A stretch of 64,000 nucleotides of DNA from contig NC_058131.1 of the NCBI RefSeq assembly GCF_016433145.1, positions 44,692,159-44,756,158 on the forward strand, in the 5' to 3' direction. The notes beneath the pieces were generated by a model. The model was given only the letters and a program-made list of their open reading frames with translations. It was not told where the DNA came from and ran no database searches. Below, piece by piece: positions 25,191-37,194 of this stretch. The position numbers and the translations under genes were made by a program. Each line of letters begins with the position of its first letter. Within the stretch, counting starts at the first letter, position 1. Source of the stretch: Gracilinanus agilis. Lineage: Eukaryota.

Positions 25191-27310
25191 GAGCATAGCT
25201 AATGTGAACATGGGGTTTTCTCTTTGACCTGCAGACATCCTTGTGTGTGGTTTAGTGCCCCCCCCCCCATTCTATTTGAGCTTGGCACCATGGCTATTCA
25301 CAGTATTTGCTTCACAAATATTTGTTATATTTTTAATACCAGTTGTCCTGGGCAGAGCCTGACTCAGGCCAGTTCTCCGATAGTCTAAGTTTCTCAAAAA
25401 GAAAAAAAAAATGTCCACTTCAGGGCTGGAGTAGAGGGTACAAACTCTCCCCAGATCCTATTCGTTAACCAGGGCTGGCTCTAGGAAAAATGCTGTGATG
25501 AGCAAAGATGATTTTTGGCAGTGTTTTCCTGCCCTTTCCCATCATGCTGTCCACTGGCTTCCTATTCAGGATTCCTACTGCAGTGTTTAAACATTAGAAA
25601 AGGACAAGAACCCATATTTTGAACCGATAGCCAATGAGCCTGGACATTGATCCATGCCAGGGACCTTTACCCTGTTCCTCTCCCTCATCCAGATATCATC
25701 AGATCTGTGTTCCACTCTGTCCGAGGCATGCTCTCTGCTCAGTGATTGTAGGTAGAAGGGGGTTTTAAGTAGATAAATACTCATAACCAGAGCATCTAAG
25801 ACCTAGATGTGACTTTAGAAATCACAGGAATCATCAAATGCAAGAGAAAAAAATTTCCTGATAGTTTTGCCCAATAATCTTATTTAGCAGATATAAAAAT
25901 GGAAGTTTTTATCGATTGGTTGTCCAAGATTATTCTAAAGTATAAAATGGATAAGTTTCTAATTTATAGGGGGTCTAAATGAACCTTTTCTGCCCCTTGT
26001 TTAAATTTAAAAGGCTGATGGGTACCCATGAAAGTGTTCAACTAGCTCCACTTTTTTCCCTCTAAATCTTTGAGGTTTTAAGAAATGTGAAATTGAGAGA
26101 AAATGCCATTTTTAAACAGTGGCCCCAACATTCCCCAAATAATGGGATCTTATAATTCTTGATCCCCAATAACTGGGAAAGAGTGAGTGGATGAGGAATT
26201 AACTAGAAATCTGTTTAGTTTCCGTATTGGAACAAACCTAAATTTTGAACCTTATAAGCAGCTTTGAATTCAGTTTTCTGCTTCATTTCCCCGCCTCCTC
26301 CCCTCCCCTAAGGTTGCCAATAGTATCCATGCCAAATCCAAAGTTCTTTTTTTCATTCTTATCCTCTTGGACCCATGTGTTTTTAGCCCAGGGTCCATAA
26401 ATTATTTTTCTTAAATACATTTTAAAATAACTATTTTCATATAATCAGTTTCCTTGAAATCCTGTGCATTTTATTTTATGCATTTAAACACATAATTCTA
26501 AGAGAGGTTCCATAGTCTTTCCCAGACTGTCACCCAAGAGGACTTGTAACATTAGAAAAGGACAAGAACCCATATTTAGAACCGATAGCTATATGCAATT
26601 CTATTTTCCATTTTATCCTATTTTCTATAAGATCACAGATCTAGAACTAGAAGGGCCCTCAAAGGCCACGGAGTAAAACCCCTCATTTTACAGATGGGGA
26701 AACTGAAGCCCAAGGAAGTTAAATAAATGACTTGCCTGATGTCACACAGGCAAGTGAATGACAGAGTCAGGTTCAAATTCAGATCCTGTGACTTCAAGTT
26801 CTGTGCTATTCCCAGCTGCCTCCCGTGATTTCAGGAAAGGATGCTCTGACCTTTCTAACTCACACTTACATAGTGCTTTGAGGTTTATAGAGCACTTTCC
26901 TCACACTATGGTGAACTAGCAAGTAGTACCCACGTTATTTATATTTTAATGATGAGGAAGGTGAGGGCCAGAAAATTTCAGTGACTTTCCCTTGGCCCCA
27001 GCTCGGATATTTTGGAGCTGGACCTTCATCCTGGATCTTCTCTGACTCTCAAGCTAGCCATTTCTCAGCTAGGCTAGACTGCCTCTTTTTGGGATAATGG
27101 AAAGAATCAAATAGACCTGAGTATCAGTCTTGGCTCTAATACTGTATGATTTTGGACAAGTCACTTGGCTTTCTCTTCCCTTTAGTTTTCCCATCTGTAA
27201 GATGGGGAATAATCCTTTCACTATCAACCTCATGAGGTTGCTCTGGAGAACATGCTTCTTAAATCTGAAGCACAATAGAAATATGTGTTTTGGTCATTTT
27301 TGGATACTCT

Positions 27311-27810
27311 TTTGATATTCTTCTTCTGATAAATTCTACTCCTCTGACTCCTTTGATATTCTTCTAGTAAATTCTACTCCTCTGATTCTTTTGATATTCT
27401 TATAAATTCTACTCCTCTTACTCTGATATTCTTCTTGTAAATTCTGCTACTCTGACTCCTTTGATATTCTTCTTCTGATAAATTCTACTCCTCTGATTCC
27501 TTTGATATTCTACTTATAAATTCTACTCCTGGGGGCAGCTGGGCAGCTCAGTGGATTGAGAGCCAGGCCTAGAGATGGGAGGTCCTAGGTTCAAATCTGG
27601 CCTCAGACACTTCCCAGCTGTGTGACCCTGGGCAAGTCACTTAACCCCCATTGCCTAGCCTTTACCACTCTTCTGCCTCAGAGCCAATACACAGTATTGA
27701 CTCCAAGATGGAAGGTAAGGGTTTAAAAAAAATTCTACACCTCTGACTCTTTTGATATTCTTATAAATTCTACTCCTCTGATTTCCTTTGATATTCTTCT
27801 TCTGATAAAT
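27311..27810. repeat. 33-41-bp minisatellite, about 8-9 degenerate units, interrupted by a SINE
   Basis: Unit tttgatattctt(cttctg)ataaattctactcctctgactcc. Confidence 0.9.
27531..27730 (+). mobile_element. SINE1_Mdo-type SINE inserted in the minisatellite
   Basis: Full-length; TSD aaattctactcct / aaattctacacct. Confidence 0.92.
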
Positions 27811-27829
27811 TGTCCTTATTTATCCTTTC

Positions 27830-28345
27830 TTTTGAAGAGGGCTATGACATCTCTGGTGATGTCTTGACTTGTGCATGAATTGGATTTAAGTGAGGCAGAG
27901 TCGCACTAAGTCATCAGCCTCACTCTGTGTTCTAGTCATCAAGGTCCAATGGCAAGACAGAAGTCAAGACTGTTGGTGATGGCCCAGGATGAAGTGGATG
28001 ACCTTGGCATCTTGGATGTCTGACCAAGCTCTGAGCACGCCACAGTGCCCACTTTAGCCATGGCTGTTGGAGCAGATTGTTTTCATCCACCCATTCTGCC
28101 AGAGTGGAGGGGATGGTGGGGGAGTCTTCATATACTTGGAGTAAAGACAGCCCTAATTCACCAATGGGTTGAAGGTCTATCACTTCTCCTCAACTTGGTT
28201 AGCTCATCTGCTGAGACAGCCAAAGGCTACCATTCTTGCTGCATTCTTGGAGCTACAGGTGAGAGGTGGGTGAAAGGTGGACATCAAAGGTAGATAAGGA
28301 GCCCCCTTTATCAGAGGTGTTAGTCCTCCTGGAACACTTCATGCA
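27830..28345. mobile_element. Marsupial RTE-associated interspersed repeat (MdoRep1-like)
   Basis: gaattggatttaagtgagg...agtcatcagcctcactct and ggtggacatcaaagg segments recalled from this family. Confidence 0.55.
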
Positions 28346-29699
28346 CCCCTCTTATAAATTAACCATCCAGTTGAGCTTTTTTCCACCATTCTCTCTTTAG
28401 CTCCCAACCTTTAAACTCAATCACAGGGATTCCCAAATGCCAATATCAGATTTTAACCTCTTACTCTCTTTCCATTTCTAGATTTCCTGCTGCCTTGAAC
28501 ATCTCTTGGTCACCTAAAACTTAACATGGCAGCTAGGCAGTACATTGGATAGAGTGCTGAACTTGGAGTCAGGAGGGCATGAGTTCATATCCTCCTTCTA
28601 AAATTTATTAGCTGTATTCTCTGGGCAAGTCATTTAATTTTTCTAAGCCTCGGTTTTCTCTTCAATAAATAGGAATAATAATAGCATCTCCTTATCAGGA
28701 TTATTATAAGGATCAAATGAGATTATATATAATAATGATGAATACTCTGCCAGGCATTGTGTTAATTTATAATTTTATAATTATATTGTGCTTTATAATT
28801 ATTGTCTCCTCTGATCCTCACAACAACCCTGGGAGGTAAATGCTATTATTATTATCTTCTTTTTACCAAGGAAACTGAAGCTGGATTTGAACTCAGGTCT
28901 TTCTGACTCCAGACCTAGAGCTCTATATACTGAGTCACTTGGGTACCCAAAGTCTTAGTGTAGTTTTAAGCTTTGCTAACTTCAGAAATATAAGGACTTC
29001 AAATTTACCCTCTGAAATGTGAAATGTTGATTATTACAAAATTTTAAATATTAATTTTTTAAAAATTAAGGTGATATACAATCCTTCAGCTGATTTTGTA
29101 AAAATGTTTATTGGCTGTCTTGCTATGAAAGGCTGAAAGGAATTAATTTGTGATCCTAGTCTTAAGATCATCCAAAGAACAAGGTTTGGAGGTATATATG
29201 ACAGTCTGGACATGACCCCACAAGAAAAAGTCTGAGGGAGATAAATCAGGTGACTGAGGTGACCAAGCAAGAAGACCCCTTCTGCCGAAATATACTCTAT
29301 TGTTAAAATTAAAATTAAATATTTTTTACTCCAAATTCATAAAAACAAGTAAGAATAAAAGGAATTAAATAACTTTTCAAGCGTTTTTCTGTTGTTTTTT
29401 TTTTTTTGTAAATTTATAGCATTTTTACATTTGAAGTGTTTAAAGGTTAAAACAACACTAAAATGTTTCGGAAACCACATGTCTGTGTGATACAGGGCTT
29501 TGCAAACTTTAAAGTGCTAGATAAATGCTAGCTTTTACTGTCAAACCCTGAACTACATCATTTCCCATATAAATTTACCCATTATTAATTTTCCTAACTC
29601 TGTCAATAGCACCACCCTTTTTTCCTTATGGCTCAGATTTATGATCTTGAGCTGTTTTCATCCCTGTCTTCAATGTTCTTTATTTTTCTCAAATAAATT

Positions 29700-29960
29700 T
29701 TTAAAGCTGTTTGATTTAATACAGATTTTATCGTCCAAATTCCCTCTTTTCCTGTCCCAGAAAGCCACACCATATAACTTTGTAAAGACAAAGAAAGAAA
29801 AAGAGCAAAAAAAAATCAGCAAAAAACTGTTCAATATATAAAAAGATGTGATGTGCCATATTTCCACTTTACAAAGCAGTGGGAGTTGGGGCATCTTCTT
29901 GCATCTCTTCTTTGGAACCATGCTTATTCTTTGTAATTTGCAATGTTCACTTTTGATTTA
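29700..29960 (-). mobile_element. Marsupial L1 3'-end fragments; also about 31060-31200, 49690-50320, 53420-53720
   Basis: Antisense L1 3' UTR/ORF2-end signatures (ccagttctttgctaccaca, cagccattcccca, ttttcctatggttac). Confidence 0.65.
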
Positions 29961-31718
29961 TTTTGTGGCTGCTTCCTCATCATCCACTTTCCATTTGATG
30001 TCTCTTTGATCTGCTCCTTCCTTTCCTTTCTCATAGCCATCAACTTTATCTAACCTTTCAGCTACTCATGCCTAGATTATTGTACCAGCCTCCTAAGTAT
30101 GTGTGGCTTTAATTTCTCCTGCAATTCATTTTTACTAAAAATGTTTAAAATTTATAAATTTAAAAAATCTCCTAGGACAATCTTCCTCAAGACTGTTTCA
30201 TTTTGTCACTCCTTTATTTAAGAACCTATTTTCTCGGGGACAGGTTGGTAGCACAGATAGAGGACCAGTCTTGCAGTTGGGAGGTCCTGGGTTCAAATTT
30301 GACTTCAGACACTTTCTAACCATATGACCCTAGATTAATCACATAACCCCTTCTATTATAGAATTGTTACTAAGACAGAAAGTCAGGATTTAAAAAAAAA
30401 AAAAAGAAAAAAGCGCCTTTTACCTATTAGATAAGTTCCAAACATAAAATTCAAGATACACCAACTACTTTCCTTCCTTTCCCCAGTAATATAATGATAA
30501 AGATTGTTCAGACTCATTTCCATGGCTTAGTCTCTCCACCAGTCTTCTTGTAATGCCCTTTAAATTTTTCTTCAATCCAAATCAATTATCCCCTTATAAA
30601 TTTATGATTTCCCTTCAAAATTCAACTCCCCAAACTCGGCTCTTCCTGAAAGATCATTGGCTTTGAAAGGTGATAAGGTTACTAAAAATGGGGTTTGACT
30701 GGAGTTTCAATCCTGGCCTTGATGTTTAGCTATGTGTAGTCATGGGCAAGACATTGAATCTCTCTTTATCTCAGTTTCCTAATCTTTTTCAAGGGCTCAT
30801 CCTTATACTAACAAATCTCAGAGTAATCATGAGGAAAGCACCTTTGGGCTTTAATGTAAGAAAAGTAACCTTTCATGATTTTCAGGCAAGTCCAGTGATT
30901 CTTAGATGATCTGTCAAATTTTTTTCTAGGCCAGTAGTTTTGCATAATAGATTACATTTTCTTCTTTTAAAAAAATTGTTTTCATGTTTCTTGTTATTCT
31001 CATGGAGTTTTTTTTTTCCTTTTTGGCCCATAATCTGTTTCTAGCAATCAATTCTTTTTTGAAAAATTCGTTTATTTATTTATTTGATTTTGAATATTTT
31101 CCTATGGTTACCGATTCATGTTCTTTCCCTCCCCTCTTTCGTAGTCGACAAGCAATTCCACTGGGTTTTACATGTATTATTGATCAAGACCTACCAGCAA
31201 TCAATTCTTGAGTAAAGTTTACTACTATATACGTCATTCTTTCCCCTTGCCATTTTTTGCTCCCTGGGTATTCCATTTTGCATCTTGCTTCATTTCTTCC
31301 AGGTATGACTGTTGTTCTTGTGGCCAGGACATTTTTTTTTTCTCTGAGGTTCTGGTTGGAATTTGTTAAAGAGAGAATTACTCTCTTTTTCTGGGCTTGT
31401 CCCTTCTATTTATTTCTATCCAATTCTTTCTATCTATATTCTTTTTGTCCTTTTAACTCAGAGTTATAGTCTCTGTTTCTGGATTCAAATGTCACGTCTA
31501 TATTCCTGGATATTGGGGTAGTACTACCTGCTTCATTCTCAATTATAGGATAAACTTCCTGAGTCTTCTTTTTCTTCTGAATTTCCACAATCCTTTGTTG
31601 GACATTGTACAGTTGGTTTTTGATGCACTTCTTAAAAAAAAATTCTGATTTACTAAAATAGAGGGAGTTAGATTGAAATGACTCTTTTGGGGTTTCCAAG
31701 CTTAAAAATACTGAAGGA

Positions 31719-31900
31719 GGGCAGCTGGGTAGCTCAGTGGAGTGAGAGTCAGGCCTAGAGACGGGAGGTCCTGGGTTCAAACCCGGCCTCAGCCACTTCC
31801 CAGCTGTGTGACCCTGGGCAAGTCACTTGACCCCCATTGCCCACCCTTACCACTCTTCCACCTATGAGACAATACACCGAAGTTAAGGGTTTAAAAAAAA
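31719..31900 (+). mobile_element. Young SINE1_Mdo-type SINE with TSD aaaaatactgaagga
   Basis: TSD 31704-31718 and 31896-31910; CpGs retained. Confidence 0.93.
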
Positions 31901-32299
31901 TACTGAAGGAGAAATCTCTTATTTGGATAAATCAAAGGTAAGATTCAATCATCCCCTTTCATGGATGTAGGATATTTTTCCACTGTTGCCTTTGAATAAA
32001 ATTGGCTCTATATTACATCATTGGCCCTCGCCTAAGATTCCCCCTACAAGGCTATCCATAAAGTGACACTGAATAACGTCTTTCATTGATGTGCTGGATT
32101 GTTATATTCGTTGTTTTAAGCATCGGAGATATCGATAGAAAGTAAATGTGATGAGTGTGAAAGAAGCACTTTCTGTAGGGCCTCCCCTAAAGAAGAGTGT
32201 GGCAGGTTCATAAAGGGTCCTTCGTGATGGAGATCTTCTCCTCGTTTTGGAAATGACTGAAAGGCACACATTGTGTCTCGGAAAGGTTCCTCCCGACCT

Positions 32300-32582
32300 T
32301 CTCAAGAGCCGATTCTGAGAACCTTTCTGGCAAAGCCCTCGGGACGTGGAGCTGCCAAGTCTGTGCCAGGAACAAGAAAGTAGGGGAAGTCGAAGTGTGA
32401 TGCAAGACCTCAGCTCTCTCCCCCCGTGTTTGTGGTTTGGCCATTGGACAATGCCAATGGCCTCAACAAGGTCATGGGAATTGCAAAACTCAGAAGGGGG
32501 CCGGGTGCAGCCATGGAGAGATAAAAGGATCGCGTCCACCCCTTTCACAGCACTCTTCTCCTGGGCACCACACAAACCCAAG
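32300..32582 (+). promoter_or_regulatory. HP acute-phase promoter
   Basis: GAS site TTCTGAGAA 32313-32321; site-A-like GTGTGATGCAAG 32395-32406; C/EBP site-C-like ATTGCAAAAC 32480-32489; TATA-like GATAAAAG 32520-32527. Confidence 0.8.
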
Positions 32583-32587
32583 ATGAG
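32583..32587 (+). CDS. HP: HP exon 1 coding part (ATGAG)
   Basis: caagATGAG|gtgagt, about 60 nt downstream of GATAAAA box; typical 5-nt first HP coding exon. Confidence 0.88.
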
Positions 32588-35500
32588 GTGAGTGCTCTTG
32601 TTTTCCTCCTCATTTCCCTCTTCTTTATCTCTTTTTTCCTTCCTGCTAAAGCACTAAGCGGGGAAGGAAGAGGATTCAAATGCCACCTTCCCCCCCCACC
32701 AAACAGGGCAAATGAACCAAGTAGTGAAGTGAAGGACTTGGTATCCCCCATCTTGGTTTTTTCCTAGCAAATGTTTTCTGATGCTATTTGGTGTCTTTCC
32801 CAAGGGAATGCAGTACAAGGAGAGGGTTCATGTTCCTGGGATGACTGGTTGCCAAGGAATTTGTACTGATACCTCCTACAATCTGATCTAGATCCATTTG
32901 GAATATTTCTGCATGCCAGATTGTCAGGATGGATACCAGAGGAGATAGAGGAGATGTGGTTAAGCATCTTAAATATTACCTGAAGGAGAAGGGGAATTGC
33001 TGGGGTTTCTGAGGTTTCTTTTCTGTTTCCCTTTCTATAAAATGTATTGGATAGAGCCAACTTTAGAGGCAGAAAGACCTGAGCTGAAGTCCTTCCTTTG
33101 CCACATATTGGTTGTGGCACCACACTGGTTGGACCACCCCTTGGGCAAGGCACTTCTCCTTCATGCTCTAGACAAGGCACTAAGATTAAAGGGTAAAGGG
33201 GAGAGATGCTACGAGTATCTGCACTGATAAAGGAGCTTTTCATACCAATGGAATGACTGATTTGGCTAAAGAAAAAGGGGGATAGTTACTACTTCACAAG
33301 GTTGTGGTGAAGCCCAAATGAGATGATGCATGGAAAGCGCTTTGTAAACTTTTAATTGGCAAGTGCCAATTATTATTTTAATTACTAATGGGTGACATAT
33401 ATCTTTCCTAATTCTAGGACCTCCCAGCAGCAGGGATAGTCTTAGGTCCATTCTATGACCACTCACTTTCAATACAGATGTGGGGTGATCTGGAGCAAGT
33501 GATAAATTGGGATGCAGGGAATCTGGGATCAAAATCTCACCCAGTGGAATAGGAGCTCTTTGACTTTTTAAATTGGATTTAAAAATAATTTGTATTAACT
33601 GTGACTCGCACATCTCTAGTAGACCTTTGATAAATTCTTCTTGAACTGAATTGGTCTTTCCCTCTCATGCTCTGGGCCCATGTCTGTGTTTATGGGTCAG
33701 CCAGTCTCTCAGGGAAGGAGAAGACTGACTTTGCCCCTTCGCCCCTTTCTTTGCACAGGGTTTTGGACACTGTAGTTGCTCTCCTTCTTTGTGGACTGCT
33801 GTCTGCAGATGCCATCGATGAAAACGATGCCCTGCTTTCTGAAGGTAGGTGTGCATGCTCTAAGGGCTGGGAGGGTCGTGACGGACAGAGATGAGACAAG
33901 CGGCCATCTGCCCCGCTGCTCCCTCCTGGGTGCCACTCGATGGAGGCAAGAGCGCTGTTGTGATCTCGGTGAATGTGCAGCCCTAGAGAGAAGCCCGAGC
34001 TTCTTCTCCATGCCAAATCCCTCGCACACTGTGTCCTCCTCATCATGACTTTAACTTTTGCTTTCATGTAAGGCATCAGGGACCCTGCCAGCAAGTGACT
34101 GCTTGTTTTGGGCTTTGGCTGGGATGCAGGGGGACGAGTGCGCAATGGGGCCTCTTTCTTGCCTGAGCTTTGTTGGGGATCTGATTTGGTGTCTCAGCCT
34201 GGTCTTGCCTTCTTTCCTTACAGATGACATCTGTCCAAGACCTCCTCCTGTGGCGAATGGCTATGTAGAGCACGTGGTCCGCTATAAGTGTGACAAGTAC
34301 TACAGACTGAAGAGTGATGGAGATGGTAAGACTTTAATAACTGTGAGCCAACAGAAGTGGCATCGAAGCGGGTGACCCAGTGCCATAAGTGAATCTCCAG
34401 AAGTCCTTGACTTCCATTAGGGATTAGGAGGTCTGGGTCCTCCCTGTGTAACTGTGGGGAAGTCACGACATCTCCCATTTCTTCAAATGAGGGTAACAGG
34501 GAAGTTCTAATGAGGTCATATATGGAAAAAAGTCCTTATGATAAAAGAAGAAATGTCATATCTGATGCATTTAGCATTTTTTTTTATTAGCATTTAGCAG
34601 GGCTTCTTCATTTGGAGTCTGTGAACTTAAAAAAATTTTTTTTTGTTAACTACATTTTAGTAGAATTGGTTTTCTTTGTAATCTCTATTTTTTAAAAAAC
34701 CTTATCTTCTGTCTTAGAATAGATACTATCTGGTTCCAAGGCAGAAGAACAGTAAGGGCTAGGGAATTGAGGTTAAATGACTTGTCCAGGGTTACATAGC
34801 TAGGAAGTGTGCTGAGGCTGAATTTGAACCTAGAACCTCCCATTTCCAGGCCTGGCTTTCTAGCCTCTGAGTCACTTAGTTGCCCCACAATCCCTAAATT
34901 TTTTTTAAAAAGTGAATTAAAAAAAACCAAACATGATTCTGAGAATGGGCCCATTGCTTTCACCAGACTGCCTCCAAAGTGGACCACGACACAAAGTGAA
35001 GAATCTCTGTTGGATGATCTGGATTGTAGACTCTTTGAGGGACTGTTCCTTATTCTATCTTTGTGTTCTCAGAACCTTTCACATCATAGAGACTCAAAAA
35101 GTTCGTTAGTGGTTGCTTTCTCTAGTGAATGGATCCTAGCATAATTCTCCCCTCCCCCCGCCCCATACCTGGAGCTTTCCCCTGCTCATTTCAGTTGTTT
35201 TAGTAACTGTTTCAGGATTTAATTGCTTGATTGAAATAGTTGTCTTTTTTTTTTTCCTCAGGGCTCTACACCTTAAATGAAGAGAAACAGTGGACTAATA
35301 AGGATGTCGGTGAAAAACTACCCGAATGTGAAGCAGGTAGGCGCCGGAGAGCATGGGAGTGAAGCAAATAGTATATGGAATATTTGAGTGGGACGGATCA
35401 AAGGTTAGGTCACATACCTGTTCCAATCCTGTGACTCTCATCTGTGACCTACTCAGAGAAAAAGAAAGACTTTGGCACTCACAGAGAAACAAGGTCTGTG

Positions 35501-37033
35501 GAGCCAAATTAAGAGGAGAACTGAGCAGTTATCTCATAGCTGATAAAAGTTGGGACAGTACTGACATCTGAACCAAACAGTTCAGGGCTGAAGTACAGGA
35601 ACTTGAATCAGTCAAATATGAGCTCTGTGATGGCAGGGGCCTTGTGCTCCTTTGTATTTCTAAGTCTTAGCACAATGCTTCACACATTATAAGCAACACT
35701 TAATAGTAAAAGAACTGTTGACTGACAGGTAACATTATTTAGTCTTTTGATTCATAAATATGGTTTAAAGTTCTAGAACCAAAGAGGATAAAAAACAAAT
35801 TTCAGAAGGAAAATTTAAGGGAAGACATGAATGAATTAAGCAAACCCTCAATAAAGCTATAAATTAGATATAGGTCTGATTTTTTTTCTTGACTATCCTA
35901 GTATAAGCAGAGATTTCATAGGTGAACAAGAAGTCCTTCGTGGCTGCTCCACCAATTCTCCATTTCTTTCTAGGCAGATTACAAGTCAACCTGTGGGATG
36001 AATATATCACTAAACTCAATTCTGACCAAAGCTATTATGAATTCTCCTTTCTCAGGCAGAACTCTTTCAGATGAACCCCAAGAGACTGTCCAAATGGATG
36101 TGATAATGAACATTATTTTAAAAAGGCAGTCACTGGCTAGGACTTGAACATCTCTTTGTTGTACATTTATTTTCATTAAAATGATATTTTAGCCCTCTCT
36201 CACAGATTGGGAATCTTTTTCATCTTTCTGTCTTTTTCTTCTCTTTCTTGCCAGTATGTGGAAAACCTGCAAATCCAGTCAACCCAGTACAGCGGATCAT
36301 AGGAGGCGCAATAGATGCCAAAGGCAGCTTTCCCTGGCAGGGTCGCATGGTTTCCTGGAAAAATCTCTCCAGTGGAGCTACTTTGATTAGTGACCAATGG
36401 TTGCTGACCACAGCTAAAAACGTCTTCCTGAGTCATGATGAAAATGCCACTCTTGAAGACATCGTCCCTACCTTAAAGCTTTTCTTGGGGAAGAAGCTTG
36501 TGGACATCGATCGTGTGATTTTACATCCCAACCGCTCTACAGTGGACATTGGACTTATCAAACTTAAAAGTAAAGTACTGGTTGACGAGAAGGTGATGCC
36601 CATTTGCTTGCCCCAGAAGGACTATGTAGAAGTGGGACGCGTAGGCTATGTGTCTGGTTGGGGAAGAAATAACAACTTCGTCTTCACTGAACGTCGTTTG
36701 AAGTATGTCATGCTGCCTGTGGCTGACAATGACAAATGTGTGGAACACTATGAAGGCAGCACAGACCCAGAAAAGAAGAAAGCAAAGAGTCCAGTTGGTG
36801 TCCAACCCATATTGAACCAACATACATTCTGCGCTGGTATGACCAAATTCCAAGAAGATACGTGCTATGGTGATGCTGGGAGTGCCTTTGCTATACATGA
36901 CGAGGATAATGACACTTGGTATGCGGCAGGCATTCTGACCTTTGACAAGAGTTGTTCAGTGGCTGAATATGGCGTTTACACAAAAGTACCTTCCATCCTG
37001 GACTGGATCCAAGAGACAATAGCCACCAACTAA
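32583..37033 (+). CDS. HP: Haptoglobin precursor (single-CCP, HP1-like); 5 coding exons, 1047 nt, 348 aa
   Basis: Exons 32583-32587, 33759-33844, 34224-34325, 35262-35336, 36255-37033. Signal peptide, one CCP domain, alpha/beta cleavage site VQR|IIGG, and an inactive serine-protease domain (His->Lys in TTAKN, Ser->Ala in GDAGS). Confidence 0.98.
33759..33844 (+). CDS. HP: HP exon 2 (signal peptide [16 protein letters not shown]...LSE)
   Basis: gcacag| ... G|gtaggt, 86 nt, in phase with exons 1 and 3. Confidence 0.9.
34224..34325 (+). CDS. HP: HP exon 3 ([16 protein letters not shown]...DGD)
   Basis: tacag| ... G|gtaaga, 102 nt. Confidence 0.96.
35262..35336 (+). CDS. HP: HP exon 4 ([10 protein letters not shown]...ECEA)
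   Basis: cctcag| ... G|gtaggc, 75 nt. Confidence 0.96.
36255..37033 (+). CDS. HP: HP exon 5 coding part (VCGKP...beta chain...ATN*)
   Basis: gccag| ... TAA; matches the 261-aa ORF in the track. Confidence 0.98.
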
Positions 37034-37188
37034 AAAAGGAGGCAGGCTGAAACTTTTTTTCTGTTTAGAACCAATGTGAGGCCTGTAATTTTTACATGAT
37101 GGCAAGATTTCACATAAAACGGGGCAAGCTGGATGTCTAACCTAAAATATCTGTAAATTAGTGGGAGCTCACCCAGCTAAGTATAAAT

Positions 37189-37194
37189 AATAAA
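37189..37194 (+). terminator. HP poly(A) signal AATAAA
   Basis: 156 nt after the stop codon; T-rich downstream. Confidence 0.75.

Noticed and set aside
27311-27810. Repeat array resembling CRISPR
   Set aside because: Head-to-tail degenerate units without unique spacers in a mammalian genome; it is a minisatellite.
33759-33844. HP exon 2 is 86 nt and the protein 348 aa, as recalled for primate HPR
   Set aside because: The extra codon falls after the predicted signal-peptide cleavage site, the dimerisation Cys is kept, and there is only one gene; this is HP.
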